From Prorocentrum cordatum (taxonomy: Eukaryota): a DNA stretch of 64,000 nt. Under the pieces are notes generated by a model that saw nothing but the letters and a program-made list of their open reading frames with translations, did no database searches and was not told the DNA's origin. Of this stretch, positions 13,615-25,500 are shown piece by piece; position 1 is the first letter of the stretch; each line of letters starts with the position of its first letter. The DNA is taken from assembly GCA_963575745.1 (NCBI GenBank), contig CAUYUJ010000115.1, positions 62,001 through 126,000 on the forward strand, in the 5' to 3' direction. A program made the position numbers and the translations under genes.

Positions 13615-14799
13615 CTCGGGGGTGCACTGACCCGGGTCAAGCGGGCCCAGGGTCCACGGGTTTTCAGGATCATGCGGGAGCTTGCGCGCAAGCCCGGGTC
13701 AATGCACCCCTGGCTCTGCATGATCTTGCAAGATCCTTTGTTTTGACTGACCCACGTTTGCATTGACCCCCGTCTCTTGAGGCCCCATTTCCATCCTTAG
13801 CAGAATGACGCAGAAAGATGGGGTTCGGGGCTCCCGTCTGGATTTCCTGTGATGCTGCATTTTTCGCAACGTCGAATCTCGGGGTCATGGGAGCCTTGTG
13901 TGCCCGCAGGATGTCAGGGTTTCTTCGATCTTGCCGCGCTCTCCCAAGCTCCTGGCTGGTAACAGACTCTGCGCGCCCACTGGTTCGCCCTGTCCTTCTC
14001 CTTCTCTTCCTTCTCCTCTATCCCTGCGCCTCTTCCTCTCCTCCTCCCCTTCTCCTCTGCTCTACCTTCGCAATTCCGCCTTTAGAGTGTGCTAGAGTCG
14101 ATGATCGCGCCGATGAACGTCGACTAGCGTTAGCTTCGATTTGGCGTCGACTAGCTTCGAGTAGCGTCGTTCCACAAGAGCCAGCAAGAGGGTACGTGAG
14201 GCTCCCATGAGCTGCCGCAGAGCAAGGTGTTGCTGCAGGACGGGGTCTGCCTGCTGTTCGTCCAGACGCCCGAGCGTGGGCACGAGCTGCGCCATCGTCG
14301 GCCACGCGCAAGAGTGACCTCGAAGAACAAAAGCTGCATCAACATGAACTCTCTGAGCTCTTCGTGGATGTCTTGGATCGGCGCTCGGGCCATTTGGCGC
14401 GCTCCGCGAGCCAGGGAGGGGGGTCCAGCGCCGATCCAGGACGTCCGCCCGGACACCCGACACCCTACATGCTTCTGCTGCTCTCTTGTGCCCGTAGGAC
14501 CCCCGAAGGGAGTGGCCTACGGCGTGGAGGCCCACAGGGGTCCCCCCGGCACTACCTCGCGCGCTTGCGGTCATCGGGAGCCTTGAGACGGGGGTCAATG
14601 CAAACGGGGGTCAGCCAGAGCGCCGGATCTTGCAGGATCCTGCAGGGCCAGGGTCGCACTGACCCGGGTTTGGGTGCAGGATCTTGCAGGATCCTTCGCA
14701 TCGACCCGGGTTTGGGTGCAGCATCTTGCAGGATCTTGCAGGATCCTGCAAGGGCTCACTGACCCGGGTCTGGATTGACCCGGGTCAGAAGATCCCCGA
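13615..14799. mobile_element. Non-autonomous element with long (~170-bp) imperfect TIRs; another right-end copy at ~27297-27530
   Basis: CTGACCCGGGTCAA (13627) pairs with TTGACCCGGGTCAG (ending 14788), and CGTTTGCATTGACCCCCGTCTC pairs with GAGACGGGGGTCAATGCAAACG. GATCTTGCAGGATC repeats lie subterminally. Confidence 0.75.
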
Positions 14800-15142
14800 G
14801 GTCAGGAGCTGTGGCTCAGCATGTCGCTCCGCCGGCACTGGCCCGTCTCACTTCGGCGCGGCACGCGATCCACCTTCACGCGCCCGAGCGTCCACGTGCC
14901 GAGCTGTTGAGCCCCCCGCTGCCCGCTTGCAAGGCATCGCGTGTTGCTGGGACCGCCGCGGCGATGCGCCAGGCAAAGTTCCCGACCGTAGAGTTGGCCC
15001 CTCCGCGGCCCCCCGCTCGACATCGATCGGACGTGGCCACGTTTTGAGGCGAGGACCATCGAGGATTCGTCCAAATCATGTCGGCAGAGACCATGCACGC
15101 AACCAGAATATGCATGGGGACTGTGCGTCCGAGCGATGGCAG

Positions 15143-16425
15143 GCCCGGAGCCGCGCACTGGAGACTGCTCCTGCCCGTGGCCGCTCCTGCGCGTGGCCGG
15201 CACGTCGCTGGGAGAGAGCGCCGCTCCCGGGGGACCTCGGCGCTGGGCTGAGGGAGATCGAGCGCCACCTGGACGGCTGGCCGGACTTTTTCGTGGGAGA
15301 ACACACATGTCCGTGCTTGAGCGGGTTCGGGCCAGAGCCGCGATCCTTTCTCGCGGGGGCCCAGGGGAGTACTGCTGGGATCTCGGGCGCGGTGACTCCC
15401 TGGCTCGCTTGCTCTGCGGGCAAAAAGCCAGATCCGTATCCGCAGACTCGCGGGCCGGGCCCCTGGGCCGCGACTCCGCGGGTACGGGGCGTTTTTTCGC
15501 GAACGCCCCCCGCGGAATTTGTCCGTGCGACCGCGCACCCGCGGGATCGCGCCCCGGAATCCAGACCGCGAGGGCGCGGACACGGATATGTCCGCCGCTC
15601 ACGAGGACTGCCGCGTGAAGGCGGCGAAGCAGGAGTTCACGAGGCTACTGGGCACGCTGCCGAGCAGGCCGCGCCGGCTGTCCCTGTCCGGCGCCGCCAC
15701 GGGCGGCCGCTCGCGCGGCGCCCTGGCGCCCATCAAGCGCAAGACCGAGCGCAGGGAGGCCCGGCGCGAGGAGAAGGCCGAGGCCGCTGCCTGGATCCCG
15801 CAGAGCGTGGAGCTGCGAGGGGGAAGGGCACCTGCAGGCCGCCCAGGAGTCCGTGCTCAGGCACCTGCGGGCTGAGGGGGGCGTGCTCAGGCGCACTCCA
15901 GCTGCCCGGGGAGGCGTGCTCAAGGTATGTCCGCCCGGGCTACCCAGGGGCGCGGCCTGGCAGGTACCCACACCGCCACCCGTGAGGCCCTCGTCGTTGC
16001 GGCTGGATTCGTTTCGAAATCCTGCTCCGACGGCGCCAAGGGAGAAGTCCAGGGAGTAGTGGCGATCGGTACCTCGTGGTCCCCCCAGGAGCAGGAGCTG
16101 CTGCTGCGGCTCCGGCAGGGCGTCTACAGGGGCGCCCGCGAGCCGCTGACGCGCACCCGGGTCGGCGAGGCCGAGGTCGCGGAGCTCCAGCTGGAGGCGG
16201 GGCTGGAGGCAGGGCTTAAGTCGGGCACGTCCCTGCACAGGGGGAATATTGAATAAATAGTTATAGAAATAGTCAGGGGACGATGTTTCTACTATTTGTG
16301 TTGTTTCTTGACTCTTGCTGGAGGCGGCAGGGCCCGCGGGGCGGGCGGCGCCCCGCCGGAAGCGCAGGAGGGCGCGCGAGGCAGAGGCCGCCGTCGAGCT
16401 GGAGCGCGAGGTGGAGACGGGCTGA
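15143..16425 (+). CDS. MAK16: Divergent, spliced MAK16-like protein (60S biogenesis factor), possibly a pseudogene; approximate exons 15143-15295, 15618-15809, 16089-16208, 16324-16425
   Basis: The spliced translation reads RRWERAPLPGDLGAGLREIERHLDGWPDFFV/KAAKQEFTRL...LAPIKRKTERREARREEKAEAAAWIPQSV/EQELLLRLRQGVY.../RRKRRRAREAEAAVELEREVETG*. This parallels the MAK16 pattern as I recall it (LWE..L..N...AL..ID..L.YWP.F..HKCKQR.T; KKVERRE.RRE.KA..AA.....IEKELL.RL..G.Y; basic then acidic C-terminus). The first junction is ambiguous. Confidence 0.7.
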
Positions 16426-16787
16426 GCACCGCCTCCGCCCTGCTCCTCCCTTCTCCGCCCTCCTCCCCTTTCTCCCTCCTCCTCCCCCTCTTCCCTCCTC
16501 CTCCTCCTCCTCCTCCTCCTCCTCCTCCTCACCCTCCTCCTCCTCCTCCTCCTCCTCCTCCTCCTCCTCCTCCTCCTCCTCCTCCTCCTCACCCTCCTCA
16601 TCCTCCTCCTCCTCCTCCTCCTCCTAAACTAAACTAAACACACATCGGGCTGTTTAGGGTATCTAGCCGATCCTTTGGCGTCTGAACAGCTTGCTGTGAA
16701 GTTCGGTACCTGGGCTTCTCGCATGGTCAATTTTTATTGTGAAGCGCTATCCCGCCAGAGGCCCAGCCTGCGTTTAAGGGGCGCGGC

Positions 16788-19367
16788 GTGGTACAACCTA
16801 TTCAGGTCAAAACTATAAGCAGGAAGTCCGCCCCACTGCAGTCCGTGCATAACGATTGTAACTGGTGGGCTGTTTTAAGCTCTCATTTATCATTACTAGG
16901 TAGAGTTGCGAGTAAATCAGGATCTGGTAAGACTTTGGACCAGCTGCACGCTAAGATTTTATCCCTGGCCCCTCGTACTCCTGAATTAAAGCTGCCCTCC
17001 CTTGACAAGGACGCCGCTACCTCATGGAGGCGCGCCTTGGAGGAGATCCCACACTTGTCAGCCAAACAGATTTTCCCCTTGGCCGAGGCAGCTGACAGGA
17101 ACTTTAATCGTGCATCCAGAATTGTAACCGACCGTGCGTTAAAAGGTTTCTCGGATTGGGCAGAAAGACCTGGTAGTTTAGGAGGCCTCCACACATTAAC
17201 CAAGCCTAAGCCCCGCCAAACGAGCGAGGCCCTGGGCGAAGGAGGTTTGCCCATTTACACCTCCCTGGAATTGATGAGCGCACGCGCCAAGCCCTGGATT
17301 AAAAAGTGGACCAGGCGAGACAGTCGTGGCCAGTTGGAACAGACCTTTCGAGAGGTGCGCGAGAGTGCTCTGGAGGCCCTTCCTCTTCCTCCTTTGGATC
17401 CCTCCCGTTTGGATCGTATCCTCCAGAACACTCCTGAGCGCAAGTCACGTGGCTGTATCAACATCAGTGCTCGCGATATTTCAAGGCTGCCGCCTTCCGC
17501 TCGGTCGGAGCTCCTGGATATTTTTCACACGATGGAAGTTTCCATCGCGTGGCCGTGGCAAATGCTGCAGGCTTGGGTTGCCCTCCTGCCTAAAGAATCT
17601 GGAGCCGACCGTAGCATAGCCAGCTTCGCGTATGTGGCGCGGCTGTGGGAGCAGATGCGTCGTGAATGCACTGACCAGTGGGCCCTTGATAGGCAGCGCA
17701 AAGCCAGGTTTGATGACGCCGTCAGGGGTAGCTCAGCCGTTCAAGCTGCCCTGCGCAGGCTTGTGCTAGACGAGAGCGCCTACGAATTTCAAGTAACCAC
17801 CACATCTGCCCTTGTAGACGTTGATAGTTTTTATGACAGCCTAGACCCCCTCTTGGTGCTACAACTCGGTACAAAGCATACTTACCCTTGCGTCGTGCTC
17901 GCCCTTAGTATCCAGTTGCACCTTGCCCCCAGATTCCTGCGGAGTTTGTGTTCCTTCTCGGACGCCATCCTTCCGTGGTGGGCGTTGCTCGCTGGATGCA
18001 GGTCGGCCCAGCATTTGGCGGCTTGTGTGCTGATGGACCTCATGTTTGAGGTCAACTCTCGGTTTCAATCAGGGCTCGAGGCACGCACGTGGGTGGATGA
18101 CGTGAACAGCAGGGCTGAAGGCACAGCCCAGCAGGTCACGTCCAACACAGTCGAGTTTGTGCGAGAATTCAAAGTCGGGCTCGATGGCTTACGTTTGTCT
18201 CTTTCCAGCAAGTCTTGCATCATTGCCTCATCCCCGCCCATCGCCAAAGAAGTGGGAGCTGAGCTCGCGAAGACAGGTATCACTGTGCAGGTTTCAGGTA
18301 GTGCCCCCGATCTCGGCATCGACAGAGGCCACAATGTTAATCGTCGCCGCACTCGTGGTCTCCAAAGGTGGCGGAAAGGAGTTCGGAGAGGCAGCCGCAT
18401 TGCCAGCTTGCGATCTCTCAAGCAACGTATCCGCCGCAAGCTTTTTAAAACAGGTGCTGTCCCGCAGGCCATGTACGAGTCCAAACTTTTTGGGGTGGCC
18501 CCAGGTCGGCTGCAAAAGCTGCGGCAGTCCGCCGCCCGAGCCGTCTGGGAGCAAACGCAAGGCAGGTGTCTCACGACTGTTTTGGCCCTCAGGTTCGGAT
18601 CCAGGGACCCTGCGGTTGTCGCTGTTATAGATATGTTGGTGGAGTGGTTCCGTTATTTGAGAATGGACGGTGCCCCGATCGGCCGCCTCCAAGATGCTTG
18701 GAGGCAGATTTATAGCCGTGTCGCCACCATCCCAGCCAATCGCAGGTGGTTCAGAATCCGAGGCCCCATGTCTGCCATCAGCACTTCCCTTCTTGCGCTT
18801 GGATGGGGCGATCCTGGGCGCTTCGAGTGGCGCGACCCATTTGACGAGCGCTGGGAGGCCCCCGTCCAAGACCTCTCCTCTCTCCGTACGTTTCTCGCAT
18901 CTTACGGCCCCTCCGACCTGCTGGCCGCCGTCCACAAGACTGTGGAGGTCAAGCTGTGGGCAGGCGCGTCCACCCAGCATCTGGGAAGCGGGATGGAGGA
19001 GGGTGTTGATTTGTTCAGCTTAAGGCAGCAGCTTGCCAAGCTTGATGAAGCCCAAGAGTTCCAGACCAGAGCTGCAGTTGAATGTGCCGCAGCTGCAGGT
19101 CTGTGGCCCAGGCAACGCATTGCAGAGTGTTGTGTTGTGCAGGATGTCGACCCCACTTGCCCTAGATGTGGAGAGGCCCCCGAGAGCCTCCGCCATCGAG
19201 TTTGGCAATGCCCGTGCAACGCTGACCTTCCAGAGTGTCAAGATATGCAAGACGTGGTTGAGGCTGCCGAAACTGCCCTCGGTCAGAATTCAAATGTTTG
19301 TTTTTTGGCTCCGAGGCATGATCCCTTCCAACCTCGTGTCCATCCCCGACCCCCGCGACGCAGTTGA
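16788..19367 (+). CDS. Reverse transcriptase of non-LTR type plus zf-RVT zinc finger; frameshift near 19300
   Basis: Motifs LLPKESGADRSI, LVDVDSFYDSL, LLAGC, WVDD, PDLG, then CPRCGEAPESLRHRVWQC. Confidence 0.88.
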   Translation: MVQPIQVKTISRKSAPLQSVHNDCNWWAVLSSHLSLLGRVASKSGSGKTLDQLHAKILSLAPRTPELKLPSLDKDAATSWRRALEEIPHLSAKQIFPLAEAADRNFNRASRIVTDRALKGFSDWAERPGSLGGLHTLTKPKPRQTSEALGEGGLPIYTSLELMSARAKPWIKKWTRRDSRGQLEQTFREVRESALEALPLPPLDPSRLDRILQNTPERKSRGCINISARDISRLPPSARSELLDIFHTMEVSIAWPWQMLQAWVALLPKESGADRSIASFAYVARLWEQMRRECTDQWALDRQRKARFDDAVRGSSAVQAALRRLVLDESAYEFQVTTTSALVDVDSFYDSLDPLLVLQLGTKHTYPCVVLALSIQLHLAPRFLRSLCSFSDAILPWWALLAGCRSAQHLAACVLMDLMFEVNSRFQSGLEARTWVDDVNSRAEGTAQQVTSNTVEFVREFKVGLDGLRLSLSSKSCIIASSPPIAKEVGAELAKTGITVQVSGSAPDLGIDRGHNVNRRRTRGLQRWRKGVRRGSRIASLRSLKQRIRRKLFKTGAVPQAMYESKLFGVAPGRLQKLRQSAARAVWEQTQGRCLTTVLALRFGSRDPAVVAVIDMLVEWFRYLRMDGAPIGRLQDAWRQIYSRVATIPANRRWFRIRGPMSAISTSLLALGWGDPGRFEWRDPFDERWEAPVQDLSSLRTFLASYGPSDLLAAVHKTVEVKLWAGASTQHLGSGMEEGVDLFSLRQQLAKLDEAQEFQTRAAVECAAAAGLWPRQRIAECCVVQDVDPTCPRCGEAPESLRHRVWQCPCNADLPECQDMQDVVEAAETALGQNSNVCFLAPRHDPFQPRVHPRPPRRS

Positions 19368-20550
19368 GCTGCGCGATGTGACCTGCCCACCCGTTGAAGC
19401 TGGCGGTGTAGCGACCCGCGGAGGTAGCGAGCCCCCAGCTGAAGTGGCGGGACGTCTTCTCGCGGGTGACGGGTCTGGGGGTGCGAATGCTAAGGGCCCA
19501 AGGCTGCGGAGATGTGCCTGGGCGTGGGTCGAGCTCAACCCGAGGTCTCAGGAAGCGGAGGTCGCGCGTCGTAGGAGCGCCCCCTTGGCTGGACGCAGGC
19601 AGACTTCCAACATAGCCGAGCTTTGGGCTCTCCTCGATTGCGTACAGCAAGTTTTGGACGATTTGACCTTTTTGTGCGACTCGGCCTATGTTGTCCGAGG
19701 CTGGTTCAAACTGCTGGCGGGCGGCATGCCCAAGTCGAGCTTCGATTTGTGGTTTTCCCTGGCCCAGGTCGCCGAAACCAGGGCCCGAGGGATCATTCAA
19801 ATTAAGGTTGAGAGCCATGTGGGCGAGGACAGATACCGCGCACTTGGCCTCCCCGAGCTGTTTCGTCTTGCGAATATCGAGGCCGATCGGATCGCCGATT
19901 GGGAAGCTGGGATGTGCCAGATTGACCCCGACACAACCCAGAGTGTTATCGCTCTCGACACTCTCGCCGAGCAGGTCCGTCTCCGTCTTGCTTCTACTCT
20001 CATTGCTGCTGCCCCACACGACAGTCGCAGTCAGAGAGACAGGGCTAAACCCTTCAACGGAGTTCGGAAAGCTGGCCTGAGTAAGTTAGAGAAAGCGGTC
20101 CAGATTTCCCCGCATAAGAACGGCCTTCAGTTTTTGGAATCGCGGTTTAGTTGCAGGTTGTGCCACCAGAAGCCCTCCAAGGAGGTGGTTGTGGATTGGC
20201 TCTCGACTCCTTGCAACCCCATTGATTATGGTGCTGCCCCCTCCTCCTCCAGGTCCGCCCCGCTCCAGATCGGGAATCAGATTGTCCACCCGTCCCACGC
20301 CGCCCGTTTTTTTGAGCACGCCGATTGCTGGGCGTGTACAACTTGCGGGGGCCTCGGTATGGACCGATCGATCCTGTTGCTGGCCCAGCCCTGTCGCCCC
20401 CTCTCTAAGAAGGGGGCCGAGAATCTCAGCAAGCTGGAGAGGGGCCTCATGCCAGACGCGAGCGCGCGGGCCAAGGCTTTCAACCAGGCCAAGGCCCGCC
20501 CCGCCTGCAGCGGAGGAGTCCCTCCCCCCCCTCCTCCCCCTCCCCTTTGA
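19300..20550 (+). CDS. RNase H and Cys/His-rich C-terminus of the same Pol, separated from RT by a frameshift near the T-run at ~19296-19306
   Basis: Motifs AGDGSG, RQTSNIAELWAL, FLCDSAYV, IKVESH and ANIEADRIA (D-E-D-H-D), followed by CRLC, HPSH and CTTCGG. Confidence 0.85.
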   Translation, partial: VFWLRGMIPSNLVSIPDPRDAVELRDVTCPPVEAGGVATRGGSEPPAEVAGRLLAGDGSGGANAKGPRLRRCAWAWVELNPRSQEAEVARRRSAPLAGRRQTSNIAELWALLDCVQQVLDDLTFLCDSAYVVRGWFKLLAGGMPKSSFDLWFSLAQVAETRARGIIQIKVESHVGEDRYRALGLPELFRLANIEADRIADWEAGMCQIDPDTTQSVIALDTLAEQVRLRLASTLIAAAPHDSRSQRDRAKPFNGVRKAGLSKLEKAVQISPHKNGLQFLESRFSCRLCHQKPSKEVVVDWLSTPCNPIDYGAAPSSSRSAPLQIGNQIVHPSHAARFFEHADCWACTTCGGLGMDRSILLLAQPCRPLSKKGAENLSKLERGLMPDASARAKAFNQAKARPACSGGVPPPPPPPPL

Positions 20551-21203
20551 GCTCATTGGAGCCCTCGGTGCAAATCCTCCTCCTCCTCCTCCTCTTCCTC
20601 CTCCTCCTCCTCCTCTTCCTCCTCCTCCTCCTCCTCCTCCTTCTCCTCCTCCTCCTCCTCCTCCTCCTCCTCCTCCTCCTCTCTGTCCCAACCTCCCTCT
20701 TCTGTTCCATCTCCCGCCCTCTCCTTCTCCTGCCCTCCTCCGCGCCCGCGCCCGCGCCCCCGCGCGGGGCGCCGCCGCGGCCGCGGCGCTCGCCCCCCCC
20801 CCCCCTCCCCCGCTTCCCGAAGGGCGCCCGTGGCGACGAGGAGCTCCGGAGCCCGCCCCGAGCAAAAGGTCAGCACAGGGGGTGCCCTCGTGGCGCAGCC
20901 CTCTGCGGGAAGGCGCTCGCGACGGGCTTGCTAACGGGGGGAGGTGGGGCGGCGGGCGAGGCCGTGGTGCAGGCTGTGGGGTGTCCGCGCGATCGGCAGT
21001 GACGATCGACTGGTCGTTCTGCTTTGTCTCTCGGGGGGGACCCGCAGGGGTCCCCCAGCACTGCCTAGCGTGCTTGCGGTCAGCAGCTTTGGCTTAGCGT
21101 CTCGCTCCGCCGGTCCTGGTCCACCACGCTGCGGCGCGACACGCTGTCCACGCCGCGGCCCCCGAACGTCAACGTCTCGATTTTTTCCCAGCCCCCCAGT
21201 TGG

Positions 21204-22582
21204 GTGCGGCAGTTCGGCCAATCCTTCCTGAAACCTTCCTGAGGAAGGTTCGTGCAAAGGTTAGGAGGGATCCTCCGAAAAAACTTCAAAAGACCTTCCT
21301 GAGGAAGGTTGTTGGAAGGTTTTCTAAAAATAAGCCCTCCTGAAACCTTCCTGAGGAAGGTTTTGGTTTGAAGGTCTTAAGGAGGAAGCTCTCCTGAAAC
21401 CTTCCCGAGGAAGGTTGTTGAAAGGTTTCCAGGAGGACTCATCCAAAAATGGGCGCCGTTGCCGCCGCTGCCGCCGCGCCGGCAGCAGCATCCCTGGCTC
21501 TGGCGGACGGTTCCCTGGGCCGCCCTGGCTCTCCCCCCCGGCGTGCGCACTTGGTAGTGTACGCAGTGCACGTATGACGAGGTGCAGCACTCGGTAGCAC
21601 GCGTGCAAGCAATGCACCCGTGGCGGGGCTTCCAGGCGAGCGCACGCATTGAGGGTCAGCCCTGGTTCGACCACCCCCCCCTGGAGGGGGCGGGAGGGGG
21701 AGGGGGAGGGGAGCCTCCCTGTCCCCAAGGCAAGCGCCCGTGAAACGCGCTCCCTTTCAAAACACATGCCAGAACTTTCCGCAGGAAGGTTTCAGGAGGG
21801 TTTCCTCTTGAGATCCTTCCAACAACCGTCCTCCCGAAGGTTCTGGGAGGGTTTTGTCCAACACCCTTTCCTTCAACCTCCCTCAGGAAGGTTTCAGGAG
21901 GGATTCCTTTTCAAAAAATCTTCCAAAAACATGATTAAGGAAGGTTTCAGGAGGGCTTCCTCCTAGATACCTGGAAACCACCTTTTTCAGGAAGGTCGTT
22001 GGAAGGTTGTTGGAGAATTCCTCCTAAGAAGCTTCTTCAAAGTCTTGTTCAGGAAGGTTTCAGGACCATTTTCTTGCAATAACCTCCCAAAACATTCCGC
22101 AGGACGGTTTTGGGACGGTGTTTCGAGTTTTGTCCCCAGCCTCAGGAAGATTTCAGGAAGGTCTGCTTGTCAAAACCTTCCAACACGCATTCCTCAGGAA
22201 AGTTTCAGGAGGGTTTTCTCTTACACGCCTTCCAAAAGCATCTCTCAGGAATGTTTCAGGAGGATCTCCTGTAAACAATGCTTTCAAAAGAAACATTCCC
22301 CAGGAATGTTTCAGGATGCATTCCTTGTAGAAACCTTCTAAAAACCGTCCTTTGGATTTGTGTTGAAGGTTTCGTGGAAGATTGTTGGAAGGTGTTTGGA
22401 CGGTGTTTGGCAGATGTGTTGCGTGTGTTGGGCGACTTCGTAGGTTGTTGGAAGGTTTTTGGAAAAAAAACCGTCCAAACACCTTCCTCGCCCTTCCCCC
22501 AGAGCCTGCGACAACCTTCCAAACACCTCCAACAAATTCTTCCTCTGGAAGAATCCATGAGGGGGTCCGCGAACTGCCGCAC
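21204..22582. mobile_element. Non-autonomous DNA transposon with 13-bp TIRs, 3-bp TSD (TGG) and an interior of palindromic CCTTCCTGAGGAAGG-type repeats
   Basis: TGG|GTGCGGCAGTTCG ... CGAACTGCCGCAC|TGG, with many AACCTTCC / GGAAGGTT motifs inside. Confidence 0.75.
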
Positions 22583-25500
22583 TGGTCTCCAGCCTAGCCC
22601 GCAGAGCGGAGCGACACGCGATCCGCTTGCAGGGCATCTCGTATCGCCGTGGCCGCCACCGCGACACGCTGTTCACAAATTTCCGACGAGGCTTAGGAGC
22701 GGGCCGCAAGAACGGGCAGGATACGCAAAGGGGGGGCTACGAGATCTGCTGCATGTAGCTGATCTCCGCCCCGCCGCGGGGCCCATCCCTCGATGCACGG
22801 GTGCCGCCTGGCGCCAGGAGGCGCCAGGAAAGCCAGCTACGTAAGCTGATGATCGACCCTGCCCTTGGCTACCCTACCCTCCCGCCCCCCCCCAGCGAGG
22901 CTGAGGATCTCGGAGCACAAAAAAAGCGGCCCCCGCAGCGCCTTCCGGCACGCGTCCGGCGGGCAGCGCGAGGCGCAGCCGCGCACGCCCGAGCGGTGTG
23001 CCGCGCAGTTGGCGGACGCAGCGGCCACGGACGACGTGCTCGAACGGGCTCAGGCCACGGCTGCGATCCTCTTCCATGGGGGGCCCGGGGGAGCATCGGG
23101 CCGGACGGGAGGGCAGGAACGGCATCGGCTGCGTGCAGCTTGTTTCAGCCCCGCCGCTGGGCCCATGCCTCGATACACGGGCGACTCCCAGGGCCAAGAG
23201 GCGCCAAGCTGATTCTCTACCCTGCCCTTTGCTATCCTGCCCTTTCGTCCCCCCAGAGTACTGGGATCTCGGGCACGCTGGCTCCCTAGCTCGCTTGTTT
23301 TATCGGCCGCTGGACCATCACCCCGCTCGTCTTCATGATCCACAAGGTAGATTCAACCATCAGTGTGGAGGTTGTGGGGCCTCCTTGTAGGGCATCGTGC
23401 ATTCAAGACTCTTGGGCGTGCCACCAGAGGTTCGGAATTGTAATTGAAGCCCGCAGACTTGGAGGTTGACTGGACGTTTTGAGCTTGACATCCCATGTCC
23501 TGGGCTTTCCTCCGAGATGCACAGATCATGATGTCGGGGCTTCAGGGCTCCCGGCCCAACCCTCGTACGATTTGAAAGTTTGTCCAAGTCGGCTCCCGAT
23601 AGAAAATCGTAAATTGAGTTCTTGCCACGCGTCACGTGCGTGGTGTGCGACTGTTTCCCAGGTCGTTGCTGCAAGCGGGTGACGAAAGTCATCATATTGT
23701 TGCTCTAGCGGTTTGCGGGCGCGGTGCTCCAGCGGCGTCTTGGTGACGTTCCGATCGTATCCCGATTGAGGAGGGTTGCGGACCGTCTTGCGACAACATC
23801 AGAAGCAGCATGACCAGCATGACACATGGTGATAATTCATGGCATCCAAAACAAACACAAACACATTTATGTTTAGATGTATACACACATGTATGTGTAT
23901 GTATAATTACATAGCAAGTTTAAGATATGATACGAGCAGGAACGAGCGCATTGAAACTACTTCGGTTGGCTACGGACAGCATCGCAGAGGCAACGCTAGC
24001 ACGGGTCGCCACGTCGGCGCAGAATTACAACGTACGACCCGTCATGGTAAATGCTACAGACACAAACACACCCATCAAGACCATCTACAATTCAGCAAGA
24101 AGTGTATTGCACGTGTCAAGTACGTGCTAATCCGAGTAATAGATAATGCGAGTAGCATACTTCGAAGTACATGTGAGTAGCACACGCGCAAACACCGTTA
24201 TTTGTTCCCTCGCCCCCACCCCCGTCTGACGACGATGATTCGCAGGTTCGCATCTGCGAACTACTTCAACCGCTTATGATGAAGCTGCATGTTGGCTCGC
24301 CAAGCTGGAAGGTTATTCGTGTAATCAGTTGTGTCAAGCATAGTTTGATCAGTTTTAGGGAAGGCATCGGGACATCTTTCTCGTCGGGATTTTCGTCAAG
24401 CCTTGTGACTTGCTGCTGCGTGGGCTCATCTACATTTGGCCGCCTTTGTGCTTATGCGCAAAACATTCGTGGCAGCGCGTGCAAAGCGCGCGTGAGGTTC
24501 TGTTATGTGGAGATTCTGCATGGGGTAATCGTCGCCTGCCCCTCGAGGGTCCAGTGCTGGGGGATGGCCGCTTGTCGGGGAGAGTGGATTTGGGGAGATG
24601 GCAGCGTCGATTTTAAAGCTCAAGTTTCTGGGCTAAGGGGGGTTGGCCGAATGGCGTCATCAGTCTCCGAGAGCGGGTTTGGGATTGGGGGTGGCAGCGG
24701 TGGGCTGGTGGGGGGGAAGGGGCATGGAGTGGCGCGAGGTTGCCTGGCCGGGATGGCCGCAGGGATGGCGCTGCAAGTGGGGGTGGGGCAAGGCAGAGAC
24801 ACCCCTGCCCGCCGCAATGTCGCCTCCGCCCTTCCGTGCCCACTCCCTGTCCCATCCTATTTTTTTCCCCATGAGCGCCAGCGGCGACGGCGACGATACG
24901 AACGAGGACGAGAACGACGACGACGATCCTTGTCGCCGTACATTTTCCCCTTCTTTGGCTAGAGTGCGCGATTACTCGATCGGCGTACGTATGCCCGCCG
25001 ACCCTCACGAAGGAAAAGGATGAGCAGAATGATGCGGATGACTGCAATTTGCAGTGCTCACGTCGAAGACGGGTGGTGAGCGCATGTGCCTCGAGTGGGT
25101 TTTTTTCTTATCCCGCAAGTGAATCGCGTAAGCCATGATCAGTTCGTGCACCCCCAGGTCGGCCCCAGGGAGAGAGTAGCACGAAGGTTCCCCTTTCTCA
25201 GCGAGCATCAGGACATGGCCTGAACACCCTGTCTTGGCGCACACCTGGTCCTTCCTTGAGGCGCTATTTGCGGCTCTCTTGGGCTCCCTCGCGGGCCCTC
25301 TCGGGGACTCTGGGGCAAGCTTTGTGCCCCTCGGGGGGGTCCTTGGGGTCGCTCTTTGGGAGGTCCTGTGGCCACCCTGGGGAGTCGTGGAGCCGTCTGT
25401 GGGCTACTCGTAGCTTCCGCCGTCTTGCAGCCGTGTTGGGACGCACGGTTTGGAGGCCAGTTTGGGGCCTGCGGGGCTGTTTTGGGGGCATTTCGGCCGT

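Larger units (their letters stand above)
16626..20575 (+). mobile_element. 5'-truncated LINE-like (non-LTR) retrotransposon with RT, zinc finger and RNase H, flanked on both sides by (CCT)n
   Basis: Domain order is RT, CCHC zinc finger, RNase H, Cys-rich tail. No endonuclease is seen at the 5' end and there are no terminal repeats. Confidence 0.85.
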
